From positions 391,158,001-391,222,000 of the forward strand of contig NW_027362765.1 in NCBI RefSeq assembly GCF_046119375.1: DNA of 64,000 nucleotides, read 5' to 3'. Positions 10,519-21,512 of this stretch are shown piece after piece. The notes under the pieces are model-generated. The model worked only from the letters and a program-made list of their open reading frames with translations. It did no database searches and was not told the origin of the DNA. Position numbers and translations under genes: made by a program. Origin of the DNA: Phyllobates terribilis. Its lineage: Eukaryota. Every line of letters starts with the position of its first letter. Position 1 is the first letter of the stretch.

Positions 10519-11312
10519 GGGCAAGACCTGGTAAGTTACCTGTTGACCTGGAAATGGGAGTCCTGACCCCCGAGGACACTTCACCAGAAACAGACTGGGA
10601 CACAGAGAGGCAGCAGCAGTACCGGAGAGTACAGGAGAGCGTGGAGCGAAGTCTCTGTCAGGCTAGGGAAAGACAAGAGAAAACTTACAACCAGTATGCT
10701 CCCGCTGTTCCCCTGGTACCCGGAGAGCAGGTCTTGAAGAGGAAGAGACGGCTCCACAAGTTGGACGACCAGTGGGAGAAGGACCTGTACACCATACTGC
10801 CCTCAAGCCACGAGAACCCGAAGGTCTGTACCATCAGTAAAGACGGAGGGGAAACCACAGCCATTGTATCCCGGGACCACCTGAAGAAGTGTCCCGAACA
10901 ACTGAGGAACCCTGAAGAGGAACAAGAAGACCATCGACCCGTGGAAGAAAGGGAAGATATGGTTAGTACCGTGCTCGGGGACTTCCCTCAGTCTTGGACT
11001 CAAGTCAATGGTGCAGTTGTGGTACCCGTACTCACCTTCCTCCAACCATCATCCCAAGAACCTACGGAGCAACGGGTAGAGCTGGAAGAACAGCCGGTCC
11101 AGGAGGCAGAAGACTCCACACAAGCAGAACAGGAGAATCAACCCTCTGCTTATAGTGAGCCTGCCGTACCCCTAGTGAGACAAAGAGCCGGTAGACAGCT
11201 GCCCAGTTTACCCTTGACAGCTCCTACACCCTGTAGTTCAGGGCCAGACAGTCAGCTCCGTAGGTCCACTCGGGCCACTAGAGGCCAGTTACCCGCACGC
11301 TGGAGAATTTAA
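10515..11312 (+). pseudogene. pol: Integrase C-terminal continuation in a shifted frame (265 aa)
   Basis: MRARPGKLPVDL is the usual continuation after a (S/T)PxxL motif of Gypsy integrases; ends LRRSTRATRG..W. No chromodomain seen. Confidence 0.8.
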
Positions 11313-11661
11313 AGTGTATAAATTGTTTTATCTATGTTTTTCTGTGTCTTGTTGCTTGTGTATAATTTTGTGTTTCTAGTTATTTTTAGGAAACCTTGGT
11401 GGATTTACCGGGAATCCTTGTATATAGTTGGAGCGTAACCCAGGATGGACTAGAGACTGTTAAGGACTCGGGGTAGGACAGACCCCTACCTGGTTACGTC
11501 TCCCTGTGTTGGTGAAATGGACACCTTTGCTTTTCTTCAAAGACTGCATCCGGTTGCGGACACGCCGTAACCATCTTATGTGTTTTTCTTATAGTATTGT
11601 TATTGTTATACTTTGTTATGTTTTTCTAAATGTGTTTAGTCCCGGAGTACTAAATTTCACT

Positions 11662-11670
11662 AGGGGGGAA
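11662..11670 (+). promoter_or_regulatory. Polypurine tract
   Basis: AGGGGGGAA immediately before the 3' LTR TGTGAC. Confidence 0.85.
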
Positions 11671-12642
11671 TGTGACACCCCAGGGGTCTGGTTGCCACAG
11701 TGATAGAGATATTATGTCTGAGAGCAGGTGGGAGGTCCTTTGGTCAGGGATCCTGTGCATGCCACACCTCCTGCCCAGTCTTGGGAGGGGAAGAACTTCC
11801 CCTGTATAAACCCGGGGCTGAGGCAGGGTGAGTCAGACAAGGAGAGTGGAGAAGAGAAGCAGCATAGGAAACAGCAGAGTTACAAGGAGTCAGGGGCTGG
11901 CAGCTACAGAGCTCACCCTGACTAAGAAGATTCTTTACCGGACCCGGAGTCCGAGGCTGTGGGGACTAAATCCTCCCCAGCAGCAGAATCCGTCGGGCAG
12001 GGGATTTCAGGTCCTCTGGCCCAGAAGCCTGAAGGCACGGTCACACGCGTGGGACCAGCACCGCCATCGTGGAGCGGAAGCCATTAGAAGGCCCCGAGTC
12101 ACCGGCCATACGGGTGAGCACCACACGGTACACTCAGGGACGTGGGCTACTTACATCAGCTTCTAGCAAGGTAGCCAGAAGAGTACAGTCAGTTTGGGAG
12201 GCCTACAACTACGCCTGGCCAGGGGAGATCCCATCTGCTCAAAGACTGACCAGGCCCCGTTTGCTAGCAAGTACTCCGGGAGGGTCTGTCGTTGTTACCA
12301 GTAAAGACCCTGAACTACACCGTACCGTCTCTGAGTGGTTCCTGCTACCCCCATCATCCACGTCGGCTGCCCTGAGGCCATACCCCTCCCGTTGGGGGTT
12401 ATACTATCACGCTGCACAATCCTACCACCGGCCTCAGCGGTCTGCCCTGCAGCAGCAGCTTCCTGGCTGCACTCAACGGGTGGCGTAGTCATCAACTATT
12501 TACTACTAATAGACTGCCGTCTAGTTTGACTCCCTGGGCACGGACCGGGTCACCGCCACGAGATTACAACCCTCCACGGATCCGGCTCCGGGTAAGCTCC
12601 CGCGTGCGCACCGCAGCGCGACACAGGCCCAGGGGCGCGTCA
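11671..12642 (+). repeat. 3' LTR (972 bp)
   Basis: Copy of 4813-5784. Only two G>A differences noticed (GCTGCA/GCTACA, CTCGCC/CTCACC); other overlapping ORF translations are identical. Confidence 0.96.
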
Positions 12643-13840
12643 CATGCGCCCCACAATAATAGCGCATGCTGGGAGCAATATTCAAATACATGGGAGGAGT
12701 GACTGAATAGCAGGATCACACCCCTATGAGTGAAAATGAGCAGGTAGGACAAAGTGTATATAATGTAATAAAATTATTATAATACCACCGATTTTAATGA
12801 AAAAAGCTTGTTAGTGATGCACATTGCACATTGTATCACTAACAAAGCAATGGGGGCAGTGTAGATAGTAGATAGGACGTGACAGGTTCCCTTTAAAGCC
12901 AGAGATGTCAAATTCAAATACACAGAGGCCAAAGTTCAAAGCTTGGACAAAGTCGCCGACCAACCTTGATATTTATTAAAAAATATGTCTACAATTGAGG
13001 AAGTTTTTCTTTATCAAATATAACGATTCATTTAAAAATGATAGTGGAATATTATAATATGTTATGTAAAAGCAGTAAAAAGCACATGAACCAATGGCCT
13101 AATTTAAATATGTAATTTAACACAGGATAAAAATCCTTGAATGAAACAGATAATAATTAGTGTTGAGCGAGCACTAAAATGCTCGGGTGCTCGAAGCTCG
13201 GGCCGAGCTCGCCGTGATACTCGGGTGCTCGACCCAAGCAACGAGCTCAATTTTAGTCTATGGGAGACCCGAGCATTTTTGCGGCGGCACCCCCGGCAGT
13301 CTGTAGAAAGCTTAAAAAGTGCCCAAAACGATAGTGACAGTGCTCAAAAGACATGGGGGCAGCATGGGGATCGCCCCAGGAAGCATTTCTGACCCCCAGG
13401 TCACTGCTGTCAACAACGTGGTCAGAGGTATTAAGCCACTTTTACAGGCTCACAATAAAACGTTCAAAAACGAAAGTGAAACTTTTTTCCTGTGAAATAT
13501 GTTAAGGAACTTCCTTTCCAGGGTAAAGACTTGTGTATAAGTTAAAATAAATGACCAAAAACAAAAATACTCCTCCACACCTTCGGCTATGTTCACAAGT
13601 AGCATTTTTTATGCGTTTTTGCACTTTTGTATTGCTTTCAACTATGACAAATGCATTCACCGTGAAATGTCATTTTAACATTTTACAACCTTATCTGGCC
13701 ATGTGCTGTGTGACACATACATAAAGTGCTGAAAAGACAAGGGAACAGCATGGGGAAGACCCCTGGAAGCATCTCTGACTCCCAGGTCACTGTCTAAAAG
13801 TGTGCCCATCATAAGTGATCCTTACCGCATCAGAAGATGC

Positions 13841-15208
13841 AGACTTGCAACTATCCCCATGCAAGTTCTAGTCCCAGGGCAGTGTTCAATTGTACCTCCC
13901 CCATTCCTTGCAATACAAGCGCAAGTATGCAGCCTGCCACCCACCCACCCCCAGGCTGCAATACCATACTGCTTGCTTGCTTGAACTTGAAATTGGGCCT
14001 TTTAGGCATTTGGAGGCGGAATCTGGCCACCACATCATGGCTGTGTTGGCGGCCTGGAATCCATACTCAGTCCCCAGCCGCCCGGCGGCCGGGTGTCCAT
14101 ACTCGGTCCCCAGCCGCCCCGTGGCCGGGTGTCCACACACGGTCCCCAGCCGCCTGGGGGCAGCCGGGTGTCCATAAACGGTCCCCAGCCGCCCCTATTT
14201 CTCCTTGGAACATCCCCCCACACACTTTTCTTAGCCCGGCCTGCTTTAGGCAGCATTGGACGAGCCCACCAGAGAACTAGACTCCTCCAGTGAGCCCTGA
14301 CTTCTCCATCGGTGGAGTTGAGAGTGCCAAGGTGAGGAGCATGATGATGATGACAGAAGTTAGCATCTGCTATGTTTTCTTTTAATGCAAGTGTAAGTGT
14401 GCAGCCTGCCACCCACCCACCCCCAGACTGCAATTCTATACTGCTAGCTTGCACTTGAAATGGGGCCTTTTAGTTTGGAGGAGGCCGAAGCTGGCCACTA
14501 CCTCATGGCTGCTTCGGCAGCGAGGTATCCATACTCAGTCCCCAGCCGCACATATTTGTCCTGGTGTGCCTTATACATAAGATTAAGCGCGTATACCAAA
14601 ACATTACCTGTGCCCTCCCCAGTGCATTTAGTGGGAAGGAGAGCCTATTCCGCTGTAGTGTGTGCATGCCAAACCCCTGTTCATGGTACATGCGAAGATG
14701 CCTCCCACCTTGCACCTGTCGTTGCAGACTTGCAACTATCCCCATTCAAGTCCTTGTCCCAGGGCAGTGTTTAATTGTACCTCTCCCATTCCTTGCAATG
14801 CAAGCGCAAGTATGCAGCCTGCCACCCACCCACCCCCAGGCTGCAATACCATACTGCTTGCTTGCTTGCACTTTAAATTGGGCCTTTTAGGCATGTGGAG
14901 GCGGAATCTGGCCACCACGCCATGGCTGTGTCGGCGGCCTGGTATCCATACTCAGTCCCCAGCCGCCTGGTGGCCGGGTGTCCCCGCTTGCTCCCCAGCC
15001 TCCAGGGGGTGGCCGGGTGTCCATACTCGGTCCCCAGCCACCCCTATTTGTCCCGGTAACCTTTCCCACACTTTTCTTAGCCTGGCCTGCTTTAGGGCAG
15101 CATTGGCCGAGCCCACCGGACTATCAGACTCCTCCGGTGGGCCCTGGCTTCTTCATCAGGGGAGTTGAGAGTGCCAAGGTGAGGAGCATGATGAGGATGA
15201 TAGAAGTT
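13841..15208. repeat. Imperfect duplicated blocks inside the hAT (copies at ~13841-14375 and ~14724-15208, partial at ~14385-14550) with short CCATACTC(A/G)GTCCCCAGCC repeats
   Basis: CAGACTTGCAACTATCCCC...GCAGCCTGCCACCCACCC...GAGAGTGCCAAGGTGAGGAGCATGATGA occurs twice; parallel ORFs 13837 and 14662. Confidence 0.8.
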
Positions 15209-15718
15209 AGCAACTGCTTTGTTTTGTTGTAATGCAAGCGCATGTATGTAGTAGCGACTAGGCCTGAGGTGGTCAGCGTTTTGGCGCATATCCTACCTCC
15301 TCCGAGGATTGCTGGATGTTTTCCTGCTACTATCCAAGTTCTATGACTCCCGTTAAAACAAAGCTTCAGGTGATAAATGATGGATGAGGTAGTGGCAAAG
15401 GAGAAAGAGCAGGAGGAACAGGGACCATTCACATCAATATCAGGCCAGTCAACCAGATATGTCTTGTAGGATATGTTTCTGTAACAAAAGGAGCGGTTCG
15501 GCTACACAGTTATAGGGCATACAGTGAGTGCAATGCCTACCAAAAATTTCGAGCCACTCCAATGCCCCTTGGAAATGACATGGAGGTCAGAGTGCGTTAA
15601 CTAAACCTTTTTTTTCCATTTATAGCAACTGGGTCTCCCGTGCACTGTTGGCCTAAGCAGTGAATGGAAGGCTTTCCAAAAATTATGAGGAACTGCAATG
15701 CCCCTTACAAGAGCCATG

Positions 15719-16738
15719 TGTGGCACCCCAGGGGTCTGGTCACCACAGTAATAGAGATATTACGTCGGAGAGCAAGTGGGAGGTTTCCTGGTCAGGATCC
15801 CTTAAACATGCAACATCCTCCTGCCCCAATCCTGGGAGGGGAGAATTCTGCCCTTATAAACTGGATCTGGGGCGGGGTTGAGTGAGTCAGAGAACAGTCA
15901 GAGTCAGAGTGAGAGCAAGGGAAAGTAACAGCAAGGAGCTCTGTAGGAGCTAGGAGCTAAAGACCAGGGGCTGGAAGCTGAGCAGAGCTCGCCCTGGCAG
16001 AAGACAATAGGAACCGGACACAGGAGTCCGAAGCTGTGAGGACTTATATATCCAGCAGCAGAAACCAGCCGGCAGGGGATTTCAGGTCCTCTGGCCATAG
16101 AAGCCCGGAGGCTCAGTCACAAGCAAGGGACCAGCACCTCCGTCGTGGAGCGGAGGCTAACAGAAGGCCCCAAGTCACCAGCCATACGGGTGAGCACTAC
16201 ACGGTACACTCGGGGACGTGGGCTACTTCTACCCGCTTACAGCAAGGTAGCCAGGAAGAGTGCAGACAGACGGGGAGGCCTACAACTCCACCTGGCCAGG
16301 GGAACTCCTGCTTGCTCACAGACTGACCAGGCCTCTTATGCTAGCCAGTACTCCCGGGAGGGTCTACCTTATAATCATCAGTAAAGACCCTGAACTGCAC
16401 TGCAAAGACTCTGAGTCATTCCTGCTGCGCTCGTGCACCATCACCCCCATCATCCACACTCACTGCCCTGAGGCTATATTCCTCCCGAGGGGAGTTATCC
16501 CATTCTATGCTGCGCACACAACACCAGCCTCAGCGGTCTGCCTCGCAGCGGTGGTACTCCCTGACCGCAATCCACGGGTGGCGCAGTCGGACAATTAACC
16601 TCAAAGCCTAAGAAAGACTGCCACTGGTTTGACCAGCCTGAGCCACGGGACCGGGTCACCGCCACGGAGCCTACAGACCCCAGAGACCCGGCACCGGGTA
16701 TCCCACACACGTGTACACACGGCCCAGGGGGCGCGTCA
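15719..16738 (+). mobile_element. Solo LTR (1020 bp), diverged relative of the 4813-12642 LTR family
   Basis: TGTGGCACCCCAGGGGTCTGG...GGGGCGCGTCA, TSD CATG (15715-15718 and 16739-16742); collinear similarity to 4813-5784; no internal domain. Confidence 0.92.
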
Positions 16739-17922
16739 CATGCAGTACAGCATATTACAAACATAAGTCCCATTATTGGGGAGTGGGTGTCCCATGGTAT
16801 TTGCTTATGCTTTCCAAGCAAAAGCTGCCAAAAATTAGGACGGAGCAACTTGCAATGCCCCTTACAAGAGCCATGCAGTACAGCATATTACAAACATAAG
16901 TCCCATTATTGGGGAGTGGGTCTCCCATAGTATTTGCTTATGCTTTCCAAGCAAAAGCTGCCAAAAATTAGGACGGAGCAACTTGCAATGCCCCTTACAA
17001 GAGCCATGCAGTACAGCATATTACAAACATAAGTCCCATTATTGGGGAGTGGGTGTCCCATAGTATTTGCTTATGCTTTCCCAGCAAAAGCTGCCAAAAA
17101 TTAGGACGGAGCAACTTGCAATGCCCCTTACAAGAGCCATGCAGTACAGCATATTACAAACATAAGTCCCATTATTGGGGAGTGGGTGTCCCATAGTATT
17201 TGCTTATGCTTTCCAAGCAAAAGCTGCCAAAAATTAGGACGGAGCAACTTGCAATTCCCCTTACAAGAGCCATGCAGTACAGCATATTGCAAACATAAGT
17301 CCCATTATTGGGGAGTGGGTGTCCCATAGTATTTGCTTATGCTTTCCCAGCAAAAGCTGCCAAAAATTAGGACGGAGCAACTTGCAATGCCCCTTACAAG
17401 AGCCATGCAGTACAGCATATTACAAACATAAGTCCCATTATTGGGGAGTGGGTGTCCCATAGTATTTGCTTATGCTTTCCCAGCAAAAGCTGCCAAAAAT
17501 TAGGACGGAGCAACTTGCAATGCCCCTTACAAGAGCCATGCAGTACAGCATATTACAAACATAAGTCCCATTATTGGGGAGTGGGTGTCCCATAGTATTT
17601 GCTTATGCTTTCCCAGCAAAAGCTGCCAAAAATTAGGACGGAGCAACTTGCAATGCCCCTTACAAGAGCCATGCAGTACAGCATATTACAAACATAAGTC
17701 CCATTATTGGGGAGTGGGTGTCCCATAGTATTTGCTTATGCTTTCCCAGCAAAAGCTGCCAAAAATTAGGACGGAGCAACTTGCAATTCCCCTTACAAGA
17801 GCCATGCAGTACAGCATATTGCAAACATAAGTCCCATTATTGGGGAGTGGGTGTCCCATAGTATTTGCTTATGCCTTGCAAGCAAAAGCTGCCAAAAATA
17901 AGGATGGAGGAACTTGCAATGC
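16739..17922. repeat. 133-bp tandem array, ~9 copies
   Basis: CATGCAGTACAG at 16739, 16872, 17005, 17138, 17271, 17404, 17537, 17670 and 17803. Confidence 0.96.
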
Positions 17923-18067
17923 TGGCACCCTGGTGGTATAGTGGTGGTGGAGGCTGAGGATAAGGAGAAGAAGATTAAACAGCCGAAACGAGGAAGTGTA
18001 TACCCATGTGTGGGTGTGAAGCGGTGCATGTGAATACACCTCCCGAAATAACACAGTGGATTTGACT

Positions 18068-21000
18068 TTATGTTACTCTGCTGTCATTTGGTGGTGATGA
18101 GAAGTCTGGCCCAATCCAGCCCTTGTTCATTTTGATAAGGGTCAGCTTGTCAGCATTGTCAGTTGACAGGCGAGTGCGCTTATCAGTTATAATTCCCCCA
18201 GCGGCACTAAAAACACGCTCCGATAACACGCTAGCGGCAGGGCAGGCCAGGACCTCCAAGGCGTACAGAGCAAGTTCATTCCAAGTGTCCAGCTTGGATA
18301 CCCAATAATTAAAAGGCACAGAGGAATCACGGAGGACGCTGGTACGATCGGCAAGGTACTCCCTCACCATCTTTTGAAACTTTCCACTCCTTGTGAGAGT
18401 ACCCCGCGCCTCAGGGCCTGTAAGCTGGGCGGGTGTCAGAAAACTGTCCCAGAACGTTGACAGTGTTCCCCTGCCTCTGCTGGATTGGAGTTGCATCTCT
18501 CTCGCCTGTACGCCTTGGTTGGGCAACGAACTGTGACCTCTGCCGCTAGCGTGTTCAGATGGGAATTTTTTTAAGAGTTCTGCAGCAAGGGCCTTCTGGT
18601 ATTGCCCCATTTTTGTAGACCTCTCCACCTCAGGAATAAGAGAGTGAAAGTTCTCCTTGTAGCGGGGGTCTACAAGTGTCACCAACCAGTAATGACTGTC
18701 ACCCAACATTTTGACAACGCGAGGGTCACGGTTAAGGCAGCGTAACATAAAGTCAGCCATGCGTGCCAGACTGGTAACGGGCAAGATTTCCGTGTCCTCA
18801 CCAAGATGACGACTGACCATGCTCTCCTCCTCCTCCTCCTCTTCCTCCTCCCCCCTGTCCTCAGGCCACCTACGCTGAACCGACGGTATGACACTTGTAC
18901 AGGTACTACCGTCTACAACGCATGATAGCAGCTCCTGTTCTTCCTCCTCCTCCTCCTCCTCCTCCTCTCCCTCATTATCCCCCAATGCATGTTGGGATGA
19001 GATGAGGCTGGGCTGTGTGTAATCACCCGCTACGGCTTCTTGATCCATCTCATCATACTCTGGCTGCAATGGCTCCTCTTTAATTCTCTGCAGAGAGCGT
19101 TGCAAAAGACAGACAAGTGGGATGCTGACACTAATGATGGCGTCATCGCCACTCACCATCTTGGTGGCCTCCTCAAAGTTTGTCAGGATGGTACATATGT
19201 CAGACATCCAGGTCCACTCCTGAGGTCTTATGTGTGGAGTCTGACCTGAATATCGACGGCCTTGTTGCAGCTGGTACTCCACAACTGCTCTCTTCTGCTC
19301 ACAAATCCTTTGCAACATGTGGAGGGTAGAGTTCCAACGTGTGGGGACATCACACACCAGTCGGTGTGCCGGAAGCTGCAAACGCTGCTGCAACACAGCA
19401 AGGGCGGCGTAAGCTGTAACCGTCTTGCGAAAATGCGCTGACTGGCGGCGTACTTTCACGAGCAGATCTGGCAACTCGGGGTACGATTTAAGAAACCGCT
19501 GAACCACGAGGTTAAGCACATGAGCCAGGCATGGTACGTGTGTGATCTCACCTCGCCTCAGAGCCGCCACCAGGTTACGGTCATTGTCACACACGACCAT
19601 GCCGGGATGTAGGTTCAGCGTTCTCAGCCACAGATCTGCCTGCTCTTTCACAGCTGTCCACAATTCACAAGCAGTGTGAGGTTTATCACCTAAGCTTATG
19701 AGTTTCAGCACAGCCTGTTGCCGCTTGGCGGAGGCAGTACTGCAATGCTTCCAGCTTGTAACTGATGTAATATCTGAGATGGAGGCTGAACATGAGGAGG
19801 AGGAGGAGGATGCGCAGGAGCTGTACACTGTGGGGGCAACTCTGACTGACATAGGGCCCGCAATCCTCGGTGTGGGGAGGATGTGTTCCGTCCCAAGGTC
19901 CGACTGGGTCCCGGCTTCCACTATGTTTACCCAGTGCGCCGTCAGAGAGATGTACCGTCCCTGGCCACAAGCACTTGTCCACGTGTCCGTTGTCAGGTGG
20001 ACTCTCCCAGTAACTGCGTTGTTGAGGGCACGGCAGATGCTTTGGGACATGTGCTTGTGTAGTGCGGGGATGGCACACCGGGCAAAATAGTGTCGGCTGG
20101 GGACCGAGTACCGAGGGACGGCCACCGCCATAAGATTGCGGAAGGATTCCGTCTCCACCAGCCTAAAAGGCAGCATTTCCAACGCAAGCAGTCGTGAAAT
20201 GTGCGAATTTAGGACTGTGGCCTGTGGGGCGTTAGCTGCGAATTTCCGCTTTCGTTCAAAGGTCTGGGATATGGACAATTGAACGCTGCGGTGGGACGTG
20301 GACGTGGACGTTGATGCTGTTTCTTGAGAAACTGCCTTAACAAGTGAAGACTGAGAGGAGGGGGCATCTTTACATGCAGTATGGACAGGGGATTGCCTTG
20401 CACACACAACAGGGGGTTCTATTGCACGCACAACAGTGGAAGAAGCAGTGGTGACACCCGCTGACACTGGTCGTGGACCCTGGGTTTCGCCCCACAAAGT
20501 CGGGTGCTTTGCTGCCATGTGCCTGATCATGCTGGTGGTGGTCAGGCTGGTAGTTTTGTCACCCCTGCTGATGCTGGCATGGCAGGTGGAACATATGGCC
20601 TTTTTGGGGTTATCAGCAGAGTCTTTAAAAAAATTCCAGACTCTGGAAGACCTACCTCTTGTACTGGCAACGTCCCTCGTGTTGGTGTTACGGGGAACGG
20701 TTGCCTGCCTTCTGTCTGCGGCCACCACACTGCTTCTTCCTGCCTGTTGGGGTACTCTGCCTCCCTCCCCCTGTGTGCTGCTGGCCTCAGTCTGCATGTC
20801 CTCCTTCCACTTTGGGTCAGTTACTAGATCATCCACCACCTCCTCCTCTTCCACTTGCGCACCACGATCCTCCTCCTCACTTCTTGGCAATTGTGTCTCG
20901 TCATCGTCCACCTCTTGTGACAGATTGCCAACGTCGACTTCCTGTGGCCGTGGCTGTTCAAATATTTGGGCATCGCAACATGGGATCTCCTCTTCCACCA

Positions 21001-21154
21001 CTTCAAGCGTATCAGGCGAGGGGCCCAAATATGGAAATGGACCAGTGAACAGCTCTTCAGAGTCCAAGTGTGGGATCACTTGCTGTCTGACGACACTCGG
21101 CATGGTGGGAGGAAGGAGAATCAGGGTGAGGAGGAGTATGCGGTCGAGACTCAC
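18068..21154 (-). CDS. hAT (ZBED-like) transposase, 1028-codon open frame; first ATG at 21103
   Basis: BED finger (VWNFF..CSTC..HMAAKH), LTTDTWT (D), VCDNDRN (D), CLAH (CxxH), TRWNST, and C-terminal dimerisation region CPAASVLSERVFS (E). Confidence 0.92.
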   Translation of the reverse strand: MSLDRILLLTLILLPPTMPSVVRQQVIPHLDSEELFTGPFPYLGPSPDTLEVVEEEIPCCDAQIFEQPRPQEVDVGNLSQEVDDDETQLPRSEEEDRGAQVEEEEVVDDLVTDPKWKEDMQTEASSTQGEGGRVPQQAGRSSVVAADRRQATVPRNTNTRDVASTRGRSSRVWNFFKDSADNPKKAICSTCHASISRGDKTTSLTTTSMIRHMAAKHPTLWGETQGPRPVSAGVTTASSTVVRAIEPPVVCARQSPVHTACKDAPSSQSSLVKAVSQETASTSTSTSHRSVQLSISQTFERKRKFAANAPQATVLNSHISRLLALEMLPFRLVETESFRNLMAVAVPRYSVPSRHYFARCAIPALHKHMSQSICRALNNAVTGRVHLTTDTWTSACGQGRYISLTAHWVNIVEAGTQSDLGTEHILPTPRIAGPMSVRVAPTVYSSCASSSSSSCSASISDITSVTSWKHCSTASAKRQQAVLKLISLGDKPHTACELWTAVKEQADLWLRTLNLHPGMVVCDNDRNLVAALRRGEITHVPCLAHVLNLVVQRFLKSYPELPDLLVKVRRQSAHFRKTVTAYAALAVLQQRLQLPAHRLVCDVPTRWNSTLHMLQRICEQKRAVVEYQLQQGRRYSGQTPHIRPQEWTWMSDICTILTNFEEATKMVSGDDAIISVSIPLVCLLQRSLQRIKEEPLQPEYDEMDQEAVAGDYTQPSLISSQHALGDNEGEEEEEEEEEEQELLSCVVDGSTCTSVIPSVQRRWPEDRGEEEEEEEEESMVSRHLGEDTEILPVTSLARMADFMLRCLNRDPRVVKMLGDSHYWLVTLVDPRYKENFHSLIPEVERSTKMGQYQKALAAELLKKFPSEHASGRGHSSLPNQGVQAREMQLQSSRGRGTLSTFWDSFLTPAQLTGPEARGTLTRSGKFQKMVREYLADRTSVLRDSSVPFNYWVSKLDTWNELALYALEVLACPAASVLSERVFSAAGGIITDKRTRLSTDNADKLTLIKMNKGWIGPDFSSPPNDSRVT

Positions 21155-21431
21155 GGCTACTAAGAGTTGACCGTGTGAAAGACAGACCGGAGGTGGTGGT
21201 GCCCAGGTAACTGGAAGTATTATCTGCTATCCAATTAATAACCTGTTCACACTGATCAGTTCTCAATACTGGTGTTGTTCTGTGCTTCCCTAGTAATTCG
21301 GTCAAGAAGTGGGAGCGAGAAGATGTGGCTGTTGGTTGTGGCACATTTTCACCTAGGCCACGGCCCCGTCCTCTGCACGAACCATCACCAGAACGTCCAC
21401 TTCCACGTCCCTTGCCACGCGCCTTGCCCAT
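21057..21431 (-). pseudogene. Probable true N-terminus of the hAT transposase, out of frame with the main ORF
   Basis: ATG-initiated MGKARGKGRG.. RG-rich ORF overlaps the start of the main ORF by ~100 nt in another frame. Confidence 0.65.
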
Positions 21432-21512
21432 TGTAAATGAAGTAAAATAGCTTACACTTACACTATCAATGGAAAAAGGGTAATAAAGAGTAGATTAGAA
21501 CCGTGGAAGAGG

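Larger units (their letters stand above)
4813..12642 (+). mobile_element. Full-length Ty3/Gypsy LTR retrotransposon (7830 bp), order gag-PR-RT-RH-IN
   Basis: Two 972-bp direct repeats offset by 6858 bp, TG...CA termini, 4-bp TSD CATG (4809-4812 and 12643-12646), PBS, PPT and gag/pol ORFs. Confidence 0.97.
4634..12892. mobile_element. TTAA-bounded MITE-like host sequence split by the Gypsy insertion (4634-4812 and 12647-12892)
   Basis: TTAA|AGGGGTTG at 4630-4641 and GACAGGTTCCCT|TTAA at 12881-12896. The two ends are not a matching pair, so this may be two elements or a chimera. Confidence 0.35.

Noticed and set aside
15140-15165. CTGATGAAG on the minus strand resembling a hammerhead start
   Set aside because: No closing GAAA or stem; the paralogous block at ~14300 lacks the box.
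20436-21170. 244-aa plus-strand ORF
   Set aside because: Antisense shadow of the hAT transposase; GTG start and no motif.
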